In this document: piece by piece, positions 46,950-58,781 of the stretch
Position numbering within the stretch: the first letter of the stretch is position 1
How the letters are laid out: each line of letters opens with the position of its first letter
From: an uncultured Desulfovibrionaceae bacterium
Lineage (GTDB): Bacteria; Desulfobacterota; Desulfovibrionia; Desulfovibrionales; Desulfovibrionaceae
Direction: 5' to 3'
DNA: 64,000 nt
Assembly (NCBI GenBank): GCA_964460575.1
Contig: CAYWQK010000001.1
Coordinates: 34,688 to 98,687 of the forward strand
Notes under the pieces: model-generated
Databases searched by the model: none
What the model was told of the DNA's origin: nothing
Seen by the model: only the letters and a program-made list of their open reading frames with translations
Translations under genes and position numbers: made by a program

Positions 46950-48128
46950 TTATTTTTTAATGAGGATGGAACGTATTCTCTTCAGAGCTTCCGTCAGGGT
47001 TTCATCTTTGATGGCGTAGGAAAGGCGTATGCAGCCGGGGGCGCCGAAGGCCGCGCCCGGTACAGTGGCGACATGGCCATGTTCGAGCAGTTTGTTGCAC
47101 AGCGTTACATCATCCGGACATTCCTCATCGAGGAGCGCAGAAACGTCAAGGAAAAGGTAGAACGCCCCGTCAGGTTTTGGGCAGCGCACGCCAGGCCATG
47201 TGGAAATTTCGGCGTAGGCCATGTCGCGGCGGCGGAGAAATTCATTGCGCATGGCAACGATACTGTTCTGCGGTCCTTCAAGTGCGGCTACGGAAGCGTA
47301 CTGGGCAATAGAGCAAATGTTGGAGGTCATTTGGCTTTGAACCATGGTCATCGCCTTGATAATTTGCAGATCTGCAACGACAAAGCCCACGCGCCAACCC
47401 GTCATTGCATAAGCTTTGGAGAGACCGTTGGCAATGGCTACTTGCTCTGGATAGCGAAGGAACCATGATGTGGCGCTGACAAGAGTGGCCGGTTCATACA
47501 CAAGCTGCTCGTATATTTCATCGGAGATAATGAAGAGCCCGTGTCCGATGGCCCAGTCTAGGATAGCGTCCATTTCCTGGCGGGTGTAGCAGGCGCCCGT
47601 GGGATTCGATGGCGAATTAATAATGAGCATCCGTGTTCTTTGGGTCAGATGCGCTTCCAAGTCAGCCGGAGTCACTTTATACTTGTTTTCAAACGTAGCT
47701 GAAACAGGAACCGGGACGCCCTCGTTCATTACGACCATTTCAGGATAGCTTGTCCAGTAGGGTGCGGGGATCAGCACTTCATCGCCCGGATCGAGCAGGG
47801 TCTGCATCAGGTTGTAAAGGCCATGCTTGCCGCCGTTGGAAATAATGATATTGTCGGCAGTTACGCCATCGATGTTATGGACGCGCTTAATATAATTGGC
47901 TGCGGCATTGCGCAGTGCGGGGATGCCTCCGACTTGCGTATAATGCGTAAAACCTGCGTCGATGGCTTTTTTCGCCGCTTCCTTCGCGTAGAGCGGCGTG
48001 TCGAAGTCCGGTTCACCCACGGCAAGGCTGATGATAGGAATGCCCTGCGCCTTGAGTTCAAGGGCTTTGCTGTTGATGGCCAGGGTGGCCGCGGGTTTGA
48101 TCAGACTCATTCTGCTGGACAGTTTCAT
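46950..48128 (-). CDS. class-I pyridoxal-phosphate-dependent (aspartate-type) aminotransferase
   Basis: 392 aa with the PLP-lysine motif (NGLSKAYAMTGWRVG), GEPDFDTP and SNPTG. Confidence 0.88.
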   Translation of the reverse strand: MKLSSRMSLIKPAATLAINSKALELKAQGIPIISLAVGEPDFDTPLYAKEAAKKAIDAGFTHYTQVGGIPALRNAAANYIKRVHNIDGVTADNIIISNGGKHGLYNLMQTLLDPGDEVLIPAPYWTSYPEMVVMNEGVPVPVSATFENKYKVTPADLEAHLTQRTRMLIINSPSNPTGACYTRQEMDAILDWAIGHGLFIISDEIYEQLVYEPATLVSATSWFLRYPEQVAIANGLSKAYAMTGWRVGFVVADLQIIKAMTMVQSQMTSNICSIAQYASVAALEGPQNSIVAMRNEFLRRRDMAYAEISTWPGVRCPKPDGAFYLFLDVSALLDEECPDDVTLCNKLLEHGHVATVPGAAFGAPGCIRLSYAIKDETLTEALKRIRSILIKK

Positions 48129-48208
48129 GTAAAAAGCTCCTTGTTGCGCCTTAAGAGACGCTCACGGCGCAATATAGACCTTAACAAAGTAAAAAGAAAG
48201 GGATTGTT

Positions 48209-49027
48209 ATGGCGGTTTCCGGAGAAAATCCGCTTATTGTCTTTCCTCAGGGGACTACTGCCGGATACTTTGTCAGGCGGTACAAGCGGTTTTTTGTTGA
48301 GGCACGCATAGGCGGGAAAGCGGTGCTCGCCCATACCAATAACACGGGGGCCATGCTTGGACTGCTTAAAGAGGGTGTTCCCGCGCTTTTTTCACCTGCG
48401 GCGGATCCACGCCGCAAGCTGCGCTGGACCTTGGAGGCCTTGCGGGTTGAAAACAGTACGGTCCCCGGGGGGGAGGGGAATGCGGATCTTAAAAGCTTTT
48501 GGGCAGGCGTAAACACCTCCGTACCAAACAGGCTCTTGGAGGCGGCGTACTACGCGGGGCTTCTTCCATGGGCTGCGGGATATTCCGTGTTCCGCAGGGA
48601 GGTTCGCCGCGGTGAAAGCCGCCTAGATGCCTGTATTGAGGGCCAGGGCTTTCCCGTCCTCTGGGTGGAGTGCAAAAACGTTACGCTTGTGGAAAATGGC
48701 GTGGCTTTGTTTCCTGACGCGCCTTCCACGCGTGCGCTCAAGCATCTTGGAACGCTGAGGCAGGCAGTAGCCGCTGGGGAACGCGGGCTAATGTTTTATG
48801 TTATCCAACGGCCGGATGCGGGTTCTTTTGGTCCGGCTTCAAACATAGACTCCGCTTATGCGGCGGGCTTTGCCGAGGCAATGGCCGCAGGTGTGGAGAT
48901 TTGCCTGGCAGTGACTCACGTAACAGAGCGCGGCATTTTTTTGCGTACGCTGACGCAAATCGGGGGAAGGGAACAACCGGCGTCTCGTGTTCCCTTCCCC
49001 TTTGTTTTAATGCGTTCGCGCAGTTAG
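48209..49027 (+). CDS. sfsA: sugar fermentation stimulation protein homolog (SfsA nuclease family)
   Basis: RRYKRFFVEA...AHTNNTGAM and VECKNVTLVENGVALFPDAPSTRALKHL parallel E. coli SfsA. Confidence 0.85.
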   Translation: MAVSGENPLIVFPQGTTAGYFVRRYKRFFVEARIGGKAVLAHTNNTGAMLGLLKEGVPALFSPAADPRRKLRWTLEALRVENSTVPGGEGNADLKSFWAGVNTSVPNRLLEAAYYAGLLPWAAGYSVFRREVRRGESRLDACIEGQGFPVLWVECKNVTLVENGVALFPDAPSTRALKHLGTLRQAVAAGERGLMFYVIQRPDAGSFGPASNIDSAYAAGFAEAMAAGVEICLAVTHVTERGIFLRTLTQIGGREQPASRVPFPFVLMRSRS

Positions 49028-49034
49028 GCGGAAC

Positions 49035-50744
<1,710 letters not shown>

Positions 50745-50749
50745 TTAAG

Positions 50750-51619
50750 ATGAACTCGCATGAAGGACGTGCCGCATTTGCTTCCGGCGCGCTGCGCAAT
50801 CTTGCGCATGCGCTTTCGCCACTGCTGGCTTCCGGTCCTCTAGGTATTGCTCTTTCCGGCGGGCTGGACAGCCGTTTTCTTGCCCGCTCCGCGCACATGC
50901 TCGCCGCAGAGGAAGGACTGCCCCCGCCTATTCCCCTCCATGTTTCCGGGCCGCATGTGCCTTCGGACGATACGAGCTGGGCTGTGCGCTGGGCAGCCAT
51001 GGAGGGGCTTTCATTGATCAGACTTCCTATGGATCCGCTTTTGGTGCCGGAAGTTGTGCGTAATGGTCAGGACCGCTGCTATTTCTGCAAGAAAACTCTT
51101 TTTCTTGCCATGCGCACTGTGCTTGAACAGGCATGTGGCTCAAAAGACGCTGTCCTTTGCGACGGCTCCAACGTTTCCGACCACCAAGGATACCGTCCCG
51201 GACTTAAGGCTTTGCGCGAGCTTGGCGTCCGTTCCCCCCTTGAGGAAGCAGGTTTTACAAAGGAGGATATCCGCAGCTGCGCTGCGGAAATTGGCTTGGC
51301 TCTGCCAAATCAGATTTCCCGTCCCTGTCTGCTGACTAGGTTTTCTTACGGGATTAGCCCTGACCGAACTACTCTTGCAACTCTTGAGGATACCGAGCGG
51401 CGTGTGCATTTGTTTTTGGCGGAACGTCTGCCTGCCGTTCCGGATTTCCGTCTGCGCATGACGGAGCATGGGAGCCTGTTACAGATAGGCCCGTGCCCTG
51501 CGGATGTTTTGGAGGAGCTTATGGACATGTTGGGTCTGCCCCTTTCCGCCGCCATGCAGCTGGACAAGCCCAGCGGCTATTTTGACCGTCAGCTTGGCCT
51601 GCGCGGCGATGCCCAATGA
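50750..51619 (+). CDS. PP-loop ATP pyrophosphatase of the LarE/TIGR00268 family
   Basis: PP-loop (IALSGGLDSRFL), YRPGLKAL and a conserved Cys block (SRPCLLTRFSYG). A GGGAGG RBS is present. Confidence 0.75.
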   Translation: MNSHEGRAAFASGALRNLAHALSPLLASGPLGIALSGGLDSRFLARSAHMLAAEEGLPPPIPLHVSGPHVPSDDTSWAVRWAAMEGLSLIRLPMDPLLVPEVVRNGQDRCYFCKKTLFLAMRTVLEQACGSKDAVLCDGSNVSDHQGYRPGLKALRELGVRSPLEEAGFTKEDIRSCAAEIGLALPNQISRPCLLTRFSYGISPDRTTLATLEDTERRVHLFLAERLPAVPDFRLRMTEHGSLLQIGPCPADVLEELMDMLGLPLSAAMQLDKPSGYFDRQLGLRGDAQ

Positions 51620-52269
51620 GCGGAGAGGTTGATGCTGCGCGCAGAGCTTTTCCTCGCGGGCTTTTTCAACCTTCTGGCTCGTATCGCTTCGCGGCGGATT
51701 CGCTAGCGCTTGCCGCGTTTGGGCGCCGTTTCTTGCCAGAAGGGAAGGTGCGCTTCGCTGATTTGGGCACCGGATGCGGTGTGGTGGGGCTGGCTTTGTT
51801 GCTGGGGTCTCCAGCGGATCTTTCCGGTTTTGGTGTGGAGAGGGAAGGCGTGCTTGCGGCAGCTGCCTGGAGGAACGCGGATAAGCTGGGATTTTCTGAA
51901 CGCTTTAGAGTGGTTGAGTGCGATGTGGCTGAGGTTTGTTCGAAGGGGGATATCCCTTCTGACGACCTGGATTTAGTGCTGGCTAACCCTCCATGGCGGC
52001 TGCACGGCTCCTGCCGCCTGTCTGCCTCGGCATTGCGCAATGCCGCGCTTGTGGGTGATGAAAGGACATTTCCTTCTTTTGCCCAGGCTGCTTTTTTTTT
52101 ACTGAAGCCGGGCGGGTGGTTCGCCTGTGCGGTTTGTCGGGACAGGGAGCAGGCATTGTATGATGCCGCATCAGGCGCTGGCTTTGCATGCATAGAGCGT
52201 CGTATTCCTCTGTTGGATGGGATTGCTCCGGCGCCTTTTGCGCTTTTGGGTTTTCTAAAAGACGGATGA
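51616..52269 (+). CDS. SAM-dependent methyltransferase with an NPPW motif (YfiC/TrmN6-like)
   Basis: SAM motif I (FADLGTGCGVVGLAL) and LVLANPPW. Its ATG overlaps the upstream stop (ATGA). Confidence 0.75.
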   Translation: MSGEVDAARRAFPRGLFQPSGSYRFAADSLALAAFGRRFLPEGKVRFADLGTGCGVVGLALLLGSPADLSGFGVEREGVLAAAAWRNADKLGFSERFRVVECDVAEVCSKGDIPSDDLDLVLANPPWRLHGSCRLSASALRNAALVGDERTFPSFAQAAFFLLKPGGWFACAVCRDREQALYDAASGAGFACIERRIPLLDGIAPAPFALLGFLKDG

Positions 52270-52325
52270 CTTGTTAGAGAGGCTTTACGTACGGCTGCTA
52301 AACGTATTTTTTCCGTGAGGATGGC

Positions 52326-52706
52326 ATGGATATTTTCACATTGATTGCAGAAGATCGCATCAGGGATGCCGAAAAGGCGGGCGTCTTTAGCAACCTGCCG
52401 GGCAAAGGGCATCCCCTCGATCTGGAATCCGACGCCGGGGTTCCTGAGGATCTGCGCATGGCTTATACGGTGTTGCGCAACGCGGGGTATGTGCCGCCTG
52501 AAGTGGCTGACCGCAAGGAACTGGATGATTTGCTTGATCTTTTGGAACGCTGTCCTGAAGAACGTAAAAAAGTGGCACAGATGCGGCGTCTGGAAACGCT
52601 GCTATTCCGTCTAAATAGACAAGGGCGCTCCTTGGCTCTTGAGGCAAACGATACCTACTACGCCCGTGTGCTGGTCCGCGTGGGCAGGATACGGGGCAGG
52701 AAATGA
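52326..52706 (+). CDS. DUF1992 (DnaJ-C28-like) domain protein
   Basis: IAEDRIRDAEKAGVFSNLPGKGHPLDLESDAGVPEDLRMAYTVLRNAGYVPPE is the typical DUF1992 signature. Confidence 0.8.
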   Translation: MDIFTLIAEDRIRDAEKAGVFSNLPGKGHPLDLESDAGVPEDLRMAYTVLRNAGYVPPEVADRKELDDLLDLLERCPEERKKVAQMRRLETLLFRLNRQGRSLALEANDTYYARVLVRVGRIRGRK

Positions 52707-53090
52707 CGTCTGCGTGTATTCATCCAGCGGGCAGCGGGTTTTGGGTGCAAGACGGTCAGCCTTGATGCTGTGCTTAAGCGGCTCCTTCTGGAATTTTGTT
52801 TGTTTTTTTATGCATCATACCGTTCCGAACAGGTATATCCAAGGAAGAATTCGTGGGAATCTCTTGTGAGAATGACGGGTTGAGGAAAGACCTTCTTTCA
52901 AAACTCAGGAACGCAGGCATAAATGAAATCAACGGAATCGGAATTGACGATTTCGTCCATATTTCACAATAGCCGAAACAGGACAGCAAGCTGGGATTGG
53001 CAGGGCTTAGTTACTACAAAAAGAAGCCAAAACCGTAACGAGGGGAAAAGTGGAGAACAGAGAGAAAATCTATGCGTTCAAGTACCGGGG

Positions 53091-53405
53091 ATGGAAAACG
53101 ATATGTTCGCCCTTTATGTCACAGCGGGATACATGGACTTCAAAGGGATAGGGTTCATCGTACCAGGAGGAGGGCGGGAACATCTCATTGAAGGGAAGAT
53201 AGGGAAAGAAACCGAAGAAGGGTTTATTTTTCACAGCACAAACGAGGCATACCCCGGGAATTGGGAATTTATTGAGGTAACGTATGAAAATTTCAAAACC
53301 ACATACCACAAAAAAGTGCAGAAAGGGGAAAGCATTCTTTCGATGATCCACAACACGCAGGAACTGCAGGACTACTACCACGCGAACTTCCCGGATTACA
53401 CATAG
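53091..53405 (+). CDS. orphan hypothetical protein (about 104 aa)
   Basis: The only sizeable ORF in a low-GC segment. A convincing rho-independent terminator follows at 53431-53464. The RBS is weak and I recognise no family. Confidence 0.4.
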   Translation: MENDMFALYVTAGYMDFKGIGFIVPGGGREHLIEGKIGKETEEGFIFHSTNEAYPGNWEFIEVTYENFKTTYHKKVQKGESILSMIHNTQELQDYYHANFPDYT

Positions 53406-53430
53406 GCAGCAGGATTTTGCCAGGATACAG

Positions 53431-53464
53431 ACCGTCGCCCGAAAGAGCGGCGGTTTTTATTTTG
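53431..53464 (+). terminator. rho-independent terminator
   Basis: An 8-bp stem (accgtcgc / gcggcggt, with one G-U pair) followed by TTTTTATTTT. Confidence 0.65.
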
Positions 53465-53859
53465 ATGATCTTGTTGGCAAAGGGTCGCAGCATTCGGAAT
53501 CATAGCGGCAGAACTGGCAAAATCCGCTGGTGGCATGACACATGCGGACGCTGCGATTAAGGCGTTTGAAGAAAATCCCGAGCCCGCAGCACAGTACGAA
53601 ACAGGGATACAAGGGAGGTGAGAGAAAAGATATCTTAACCCGTTCATCAACAATAGCGCCCCCCCCATAGCCAATTCCTCAAACGGATTACCCTGTATGC
53701 AAGCAACTGACCTTAGTGCCGACTGGCACGCAACTCACCGTAACGGGAGTGGACAGAGAACACTCGCATCGATTTTGACCAGCCTCGCCGGATTACCGGA
53801 GGTTGACGGGAGGCAATCCGGGGCCAAGTGACCCGGGGGACGCCAGAGTCGCAAAGCAA

Positions 53860-53891
53860 AAGCCCCTCCCTTGCTCAGAGAGGGCTTTTTT
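53860..53891 (+). terminator. rho-independent terminator closing a non-coding stretch
   Basis: Stem aagcccctc / gagagggctt (one bulge) followed by T6. Confidence 0.55.
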
Positions 53892-54436
53892 ATAATTATA
53901 AGATATAAAGCAAGCGCCGAAAGCGAAGGGGGATCTTTGGGACACGAAGCCCCGGCGCTGCCGAGTCGCGGATACTTTCAGGGAACCATTGACGGAATCC
54001 GCCAGAACGGCATGATGGGACGGCCAGAGAAGTTGAAGGACAACTGAACTCCGTATACGATGTACTTCGATGACGAGATACGCAGAGCCAGCGATGAATA
54101 TGTCTTCCGGGCAAAGCAGACGGACCCTGACTATAGCCGCTCAGATTTTCTATGAAGCCGCAGCGGCATACCTGTAGAAGGAAACGAGATAACATGAGAT
54201 AACAGAAAAAACTGAAGCAAGAAGGTGAACAGCTGCGAGGATTCATTACTCGGAGAAAGGCCCCCAGAAGAATCCGGAGAGATGGCGGATGACGCCGGAG
54301 GCCGTTTAGGGAACCGTGCTCAGCCTGCATATGGCCGCAGCTAAAAATATTCTGGATTTTCAAGTTGTTTTGTAAAAAACTTGAGCTTGTAAAATTGTAA
54401 TAGTCTAATCTTGTTAGACAAAAGGACAAGACCGTT

Positions 54437-55093
54437 ATGATCGCCATACTTGACTATAATGCTGGCAACCAGACCAGTGTCTGCCGGGCGCTGGAACATT
54501 TGGGCATCGAGTGCTGCATCACTGCCACTCCCGATGTGGCGCTTTCCTCGTCGGGAATCATTTTCCCCGGCGTGGGCGCTGCCGGACAGGCCATGGCGCA
54601 GCTTGAGGCGAGCGGCATGGATGGCGTCCAGCGCCGCGCAGTGGATGAGGGCATTCCCATCCTCGGCATTTGCTTAGGTTGCCAGATTATGCTGGAGCGC
54701 AGCGAGGAAAACAATACGGTTACGCTGGGGCTGATGCCGGGGCGTTGCCGCAGATTTGACGCTTCCTGGCAGGATGCGGACAAAACGCCTATCCGTATTC
54801 CTCACATGGGCTGGAACACGCTTCAGCTGAAAAAAAATAGCCCGCTCTTTGTGGGCGTTGATCCTGAAGCGTCCTTTTATTTTGTTCACAGCTATTATGT
54901 AGAGACAGCGCCGGAGTATGTTATCGCGGCGACTGTTTACGGGCGGGAATTTTGTTCAGCCTATGGCCGTGACGGGCTGTGGGCCGTGCAGTTCCACCCT
55001 GAGAAGAGCGGCCGTCCAGGGCTTCAGCTCCTTGCCAATTTCGCCCGTTTTTGCGGAGTCAATATGCACAAGGCGGAGGCTGCCGTATGCTAA
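54437..55093 (+). CDS. hisH: imidazole glycerol phosphate synthase, glutamine amidotransferase subunit
   Basis: [11 protein letters not shown], the catalytic GICLGCQ and the C-terminal FHPEKS. Confidence 0.92.
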   Translation: MIAILDYNAGNQTSVCRALEHLGIECCITATPDVALSSSGIIFPGVGAAGQAMAQLEASGMDGVQRRAVDEGIPILGICLGCQIMLERSEENNTVTLGLMPGRCRRFDASWQDADKTPIRIPHMGWNTLQLKKNSPLFVGVDPEASFYFVHSYYVETAPEYVIAATVYGREFCSAYGRDGLWAVQFHPEKSGRPGLQLLANFARFCGVNMHKAEAAVC

Positions 55094-55866
55094 GCAAACG
55101 CTTTATTCCCTGTTTGGATGTCCGTGATGGACGGTTGACCAAAGGCATTAGGTTCAAGGGCAACCAAGATATTGGCGATCCTGTGGAAACAGCGCGCCGC
55201 TACTATGAAGAAGGCGCGGATGAAATTGTTTTTTATGATATCACGGCCAGTGCCGAAGGGCGAGGGATATTCCTAGACGTGGTGGAGCGCGTGGCTGAAA
55301 ACATTTTTATCCCTTTTTCCGTGGGAGGCGGCATCGCCTCTGTGGCGGATATGCGTGCGGCGCTGCTTGCTGGCGCGGAGAAAATTTCCATCAATTCAGC
55401 GGCGGTTAAAAATCCGCAGCTGGTCAATCAGGGGGCGGAAGCCTTTGGATCGCAGGCTATTGTTATCGGCATGGATGTAAAGAAGGTTGAGGTTACTTCG
55501 AAGCTGCCTTCCGGCTACGAAGTGGTCATTCACGGCGGGCGCAAGCCCACGGGGCTTGATGCTCGGGCCTGGGCGCAGGAAGTGGAGGCCAGGGGCGCTG
55601 GGGAAATTTGTCTTAATTCTATTGACGCCGACGGAACCTGTGACGGCTACGAAATCAACCTGACTAGGATGATCAGCGATGCTGTGAGGATACCTATCAT
55701 TGCCTCCGGCGGCGCCGGTGCGCCGGAGCACCTTGTGGAAGCCGCTACTAAAGGCGGCGCTTCAGCTGTGTTGGTGGCTTCAATTGTCCATTACGGGCGT
55801 TATTCCATCAGGGAATTGAAGCAGGCTATGGCCGGCGCTGGAGTGCCGGTGCGTACTTACTGGTAG
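55087..55866 (+). CDS. hisF: imidazole glycerol phosphate synthase, cyclase subunit
   Basis: [28 protein letters not shown], the SVGGGI block and IASGGAG. It overlaps the hisH stop by 7 nt. Confidence 0.93.
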   Translation: MLSKRFIPCLDVRDGRLTKGIRFKGNQDIGDPVETARRYYEEGADEIVFYDITASAEGRGIFLDVVERVAENIFIPFSVGGGIASVADMRAALLAGAEKISINSAAVKNPQLVNQGAEAFGSQAIVIGMDVKKVEVTSKLPSGYEVVIHGGRKPTGLDARAWAQEVEARGAGEICLNSIDADGTCDGYEINLTRMISDAVRIPIIASGGAGAPEHLVEAATKGGASAVLVASIVHYGRYSIRELKQAMAGAGVPVRTYW

Positions 55867-55968
55867 CCCGGCGGAGCAGCAGTTGGAGGCTTTCCGCGCA
55901 GATCCCGAATGGAATGTGTGGCTTATTCAGCACCGAAGAGGCCGCAACGCCGAGCTTTTCCGTATTGC

Positions 55969-57273
55969 TTAGTTCTTCTGGATGGCCGCGCCGTACATGA
56001 GGTCAGTACCATGGTTTCCCGGAGTGTTTTCCCAGCTGGCAAGCAGGGTCGCCTCAGGGCGTAGGTGAAGCAATCGCCGAACCTGCTCCTCGTTTTCTTC
56101 GGGATTTCGCGTACATGTCACATAAATAAGCCGGCCTCCACGGCGAAGTCTCGCCCACGCGGTATCAAGTAGTTCCCTTTGTAGGCTGACAAGAGGCGGG
56201 ATGTGGGATTGGAGGCGTTTTTTGCGCAGGTCAGGGCGTCTGGCCAGTGTGCCAAGCCCGCTACACGGCGCGTCAAGCAAAATGCCGCCTGGCTGGAAGG
56301 ATGAAGTGAAGGGGGCATGTACGCCAGAAGCGGCGATAATGGCAGGGAAGGGTAGTTTGAGCCTGACAAGCTCCTGCTTCAACCCTTGAAGGCGTGACAG
56401 AGAGGTGTCGCTTGCCACGGTAACGTTAGCGCCGTGTTCCAGCAACGCGCAGGTTTTGCCTCCGAATCCGGCGCAGGCATCCCACACAGGTCCATCGAGG
56501 GAAAAGGCGTCCAGTGCGGCGAGTACCTGCTGGCTGCCGGCTCCCTGGCGTGAAAGTCTTCCCGCGTCGATATATGGCTGAAAATCCACGTGTGAGCCAG
56601 GAGGAAAGCCAAGTCCAAAACCGCCTTCCAGGGCAATGGTATCGGGCATGCCAGCTGTCAGCGCTTTTTTGAGTTCCTCCACGCCGCTGTGCCGCGCATT
56701 GAGCCTGACAAAGCTCCATGGTGTGTATGATGAATTTTTGGCAAGCGCGCGGGCTGTTTTTTCGCCGTATTGTTTATGCCACAGGGCTGCCAGCCAGTCC
56801 GGCAGGCTCCAGGCAACGGCAAAGGCTTGGAGTCCGCCACCAAGGGCACATTCGGCCTGCTCCGGGGAGAAGCGCTCCGCTGGTTCACGCAACATGGCAC
56901 GAAGGATCCCGTTGGCCACATCGGCCATGCGTTGCCCCAGTTTTTTTTTAATGATTTCCACAGCTGCGCCGGCGGTGGCGTGATCGGGAATGCGGGCAAG
57001 GCAAAGATGCTCGTAGGCGGCCATGCGTAGCGTAAGGCGCAGAAACGGCGGCGTTTTCGCGGCCTTCCGCAGGAAGAGGCCAACGACCCAGTCCAGCAGC
57101 CGTTCGCGGCGTAGAACGCCGTAAACAAGTTCCGTACAGAGCGCCCTGTCCGCCGGGCTAAGGCGCATGTTTTCAAGCGTGCTATTCAGAATGGCCTGCA
57201 CCGCGGGGGAATCCGGATGTTCAAGAAGTTTCAGGACTCGGACGGAGGCTAGACGAGCTGGCGAGGACTTCAT
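55969..57273 (-). CDS. rsmB: 16S rRNA (cytosine967-C5)-methyltransferase
   Basis: NusB-like N-domain plus a Sun/NOL1 methyltransferase core (DACAGFGGKT, LLDAPCSGLGTLARRPD, YVTCT). Confidence 0.85.
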   Translation of the reverse strand: MKSSPARLASVRVLKLLEHPDSPAVQAILNSTLENMRLSPADRALCTELVYGVLRRERLLDWVVGLFLRKAAKTPPFLRLTLRMAAYEHLCLARIPDHATAGAAVEIIKKKLGQRMADVANGILRAMLREPAERFSPEQAECALGGGLQAFAVAWSLPDWLAALWHKQYGEKTARALAKNSSYTPWSFVRLNARHSGVEELKKALTAGMPDTIALEGGFGLGFPPGSHVDFQPYIDAGRLSRQGAGSQQVLAALDAFSLDGPVWDACAGFGGKTCALLEHGANVTVASDTSLSRLQGLKQELVRLKLPFPAIIAASGVHAPFTSSFQPGGILLDAPCSGLGTLARRPDLRKKRLQSHIPPLVSLQRELLDTAWARLRRGGRLIYVTCTRNPEENEEQVRRLLHLRPEATLLASWENTPGNHGTDLMYGAAIQKN

Positions 57274-57283
57274 TAGGTTTTTG

Positions 57284-58642
57284 CTATTTGTTTTTTTTCG
57301 GCTGGTAGCGCAGGGGGATAACAATTACATCGTCGACGTCGTCATCACGATCTTCGATCCAGCGTTTAACAGCGGCGAGCGCTTCGGGTGTCGCGTACAG
57401 CATGGCAACGGCGTGGCCGTTTTTTTGGGCTTTGGCCGCGACCTTGCGGAGTTTACTGTAAATATCCCCAGCGGAAGGAGATCCGTCATTGAGGAGTGTG
57501 TCTGCGCGCACAGAGGCTATGCCTTTTTGAACGGCTGCATCATACAGCGGAGCCACTTCTGCGCTGCTCGGATCGATGACTGTAAGCCCGCATTCGGCGG
57601 CGGCAGTGGCCAGCGACTGGCTGACGTTCTTTTCAGTAGTGATTATCTCGCCGCTGGGAATGAAGGCCGAAGCCTGGGGCAGCAGCACAAGATTTTGCCG
57701 GATAATTCTGCGCATGACTTCCTGGGAGGCGTCGCTATGCAGGATCCCTTTGCTCCCAGAGGGATTGTAGGGGGAAGACGAGCAGGGCTGGCTGAGGAGC
57801 ACCTCCTGCCCTGACTGAAAGATTTCCGCTGCCGCCCGGGTCCCCTCTGGAGGCAGGGCAAAAGCCAGCGGTATATCCAGATCAAGCCAGTTTTTAATGT
57901 TTTCCATGTCTCCGTGGGCATCGAGCAAGAGGAGGCTGAGGAGGGGCGGCGTGCCACCGGGGGGGAGCATAAAGGCCTCGCCAGCCTGGAACAGGAAAAG
58001 CTCGTGGGTCAACACGCCTCTGGTCTGGACGCGTAGCACATACCTTTCCCCTGTTTTTTGCAGAACAGCCTCAAGTCCTTTCCCTGCGGTTTTAAGCCCT
58101 GTCTTGAGAATTTTTTCAAATTGTCTGGGCTCCTCGGTGAGGAAAAGCTGCATACGCTGGAGCTTATAGGTTTCTTCCCTGCGGGCTGTGTTCAGCTCCA
58201 AACTAAGGGTTTGCAGCATTTGTACCCGAGAGGAATCCATACCGCAGCGGCGTAGCGCCTGCATGATGGCTTCATCGGCCTGCCGGGAAAGCCCCTCGAT
58301 ACTTTTATCGGCATGGGGCAATGCCCAGGGCAGGAGATCGCCGCGGATTTCTTCAGGGATTGGCCTTTCGGCTTCTTTTAAGCCCGCCTGAGTGGCGGCG
58401 CTGCGGGATGGGCTGGATGCGTCAAGCTCTTCATTTTGTGCGGCGGTTGTGCTGAAAAGACCACTTATGGCAGAGCCAACGGCCGCGCAGCCCGACCAGA
58501 GCAGCGCAATCCCCTGCCAAAGGCACCAGACAATCAGCGCCGCTACCAGTGCGCCTGACACGTTTTCAACAAAGCGGGGGATGGTTACAGAAGGAAGGCG
58601 TTTCAGCTTTCTCCGTAACGCGGGGAACCATTCATCCAACAA
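57284..58642 (-). CDS. divergent polysaccharide deacetylase (YibQ-like) protein with a long N-terminal extension
   Basis: The C-terminal half resembles the YibQ family (IPLAFALPPEG...). It lies directly downstream of the ctp protease, as in the common ctpA/envC-yibQ linkage. The apparent start is TTG, preceded by an AGGAG RBS. Confidence 0.65.
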   Translation of the reverse strand: MLDEWFPALRRKLKRLPSVTIPRFVENVSGALVAALIVWCLWQGIALLWSGCAAVGSAISGLFSTTAAQNEELDASSPSRSAATQAGLKEAERPIPEEIRGDLLPWALPHADKSIEGLSRQADEAIMQALRRCGMDSSRVQMLQTLSLELNTARREETYKLQRMQLFLTEEPRQFEKILKTGLKTAGKGLEAVLQKTGERYVLRVQTRGVLTHELFLFQAGEAFMLPPGGTPPLLSLLLLDAHGDMENIKNWLDLDIPLAFALPPEGTRAAAEIFQSGQEVLLSQPCSSSPYNPSGSKGILHSDASQEVMRRIIRQNLVLLPQASAFIPSGEIITTEKNVSQSLATAAAECGLTVIDPSSAEVAPLYDAAVQKGIASVRADTLLNDGSPSAGDIYSKLRKVAAKAQKNGHAVAMLYATPEALAAVKRWIEDRDDDVDDVIVIPLRYQPKKNK

Positions 58643-58781
58643 GGGGGGCTCCTACGGTGCTACGAGCCGCATAGCGCTTGCAGAAAGCCTGCCTGAGGAG
58701 GCGTGGAAGGCTTTTCTGCAGAGAATAAAGGGCCGGCACAGCACGACCGGTCAAGCATTATCCCGCGGCTATGCCGTTTTT

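Noticed and set aside
53735-53755. Sigma-54 promoter-like TGGCAC (ctggcacgcaactcacc). A similar TGGCAT-N5-TGCT occurs inside the cupin gene at about 22751.
   Set aside because: The -12 element is TCAC rather than TTGC at the required spacing in the first case. The second lies inside a coding region. Neither sits upstream of a gene that needs it.
53896-54447. 183-aa minus-strand ORF, the largest ORF in the coding-poor segment.
   Set aside because: It has no RBS, its start overlaps the hisH start region, its composition is Cys/Arg/Ser-rich, and it shows no motif. It is probably a chance open frame in decayed DNA.
54437-55866. hisH directly overlapping hisF with no hisA in between.
   Set aside because: The two genes encode the two subunits of one enzyme, and direct hisH-hisF linkage is a known arrangement. 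I do not consider it anomalous.
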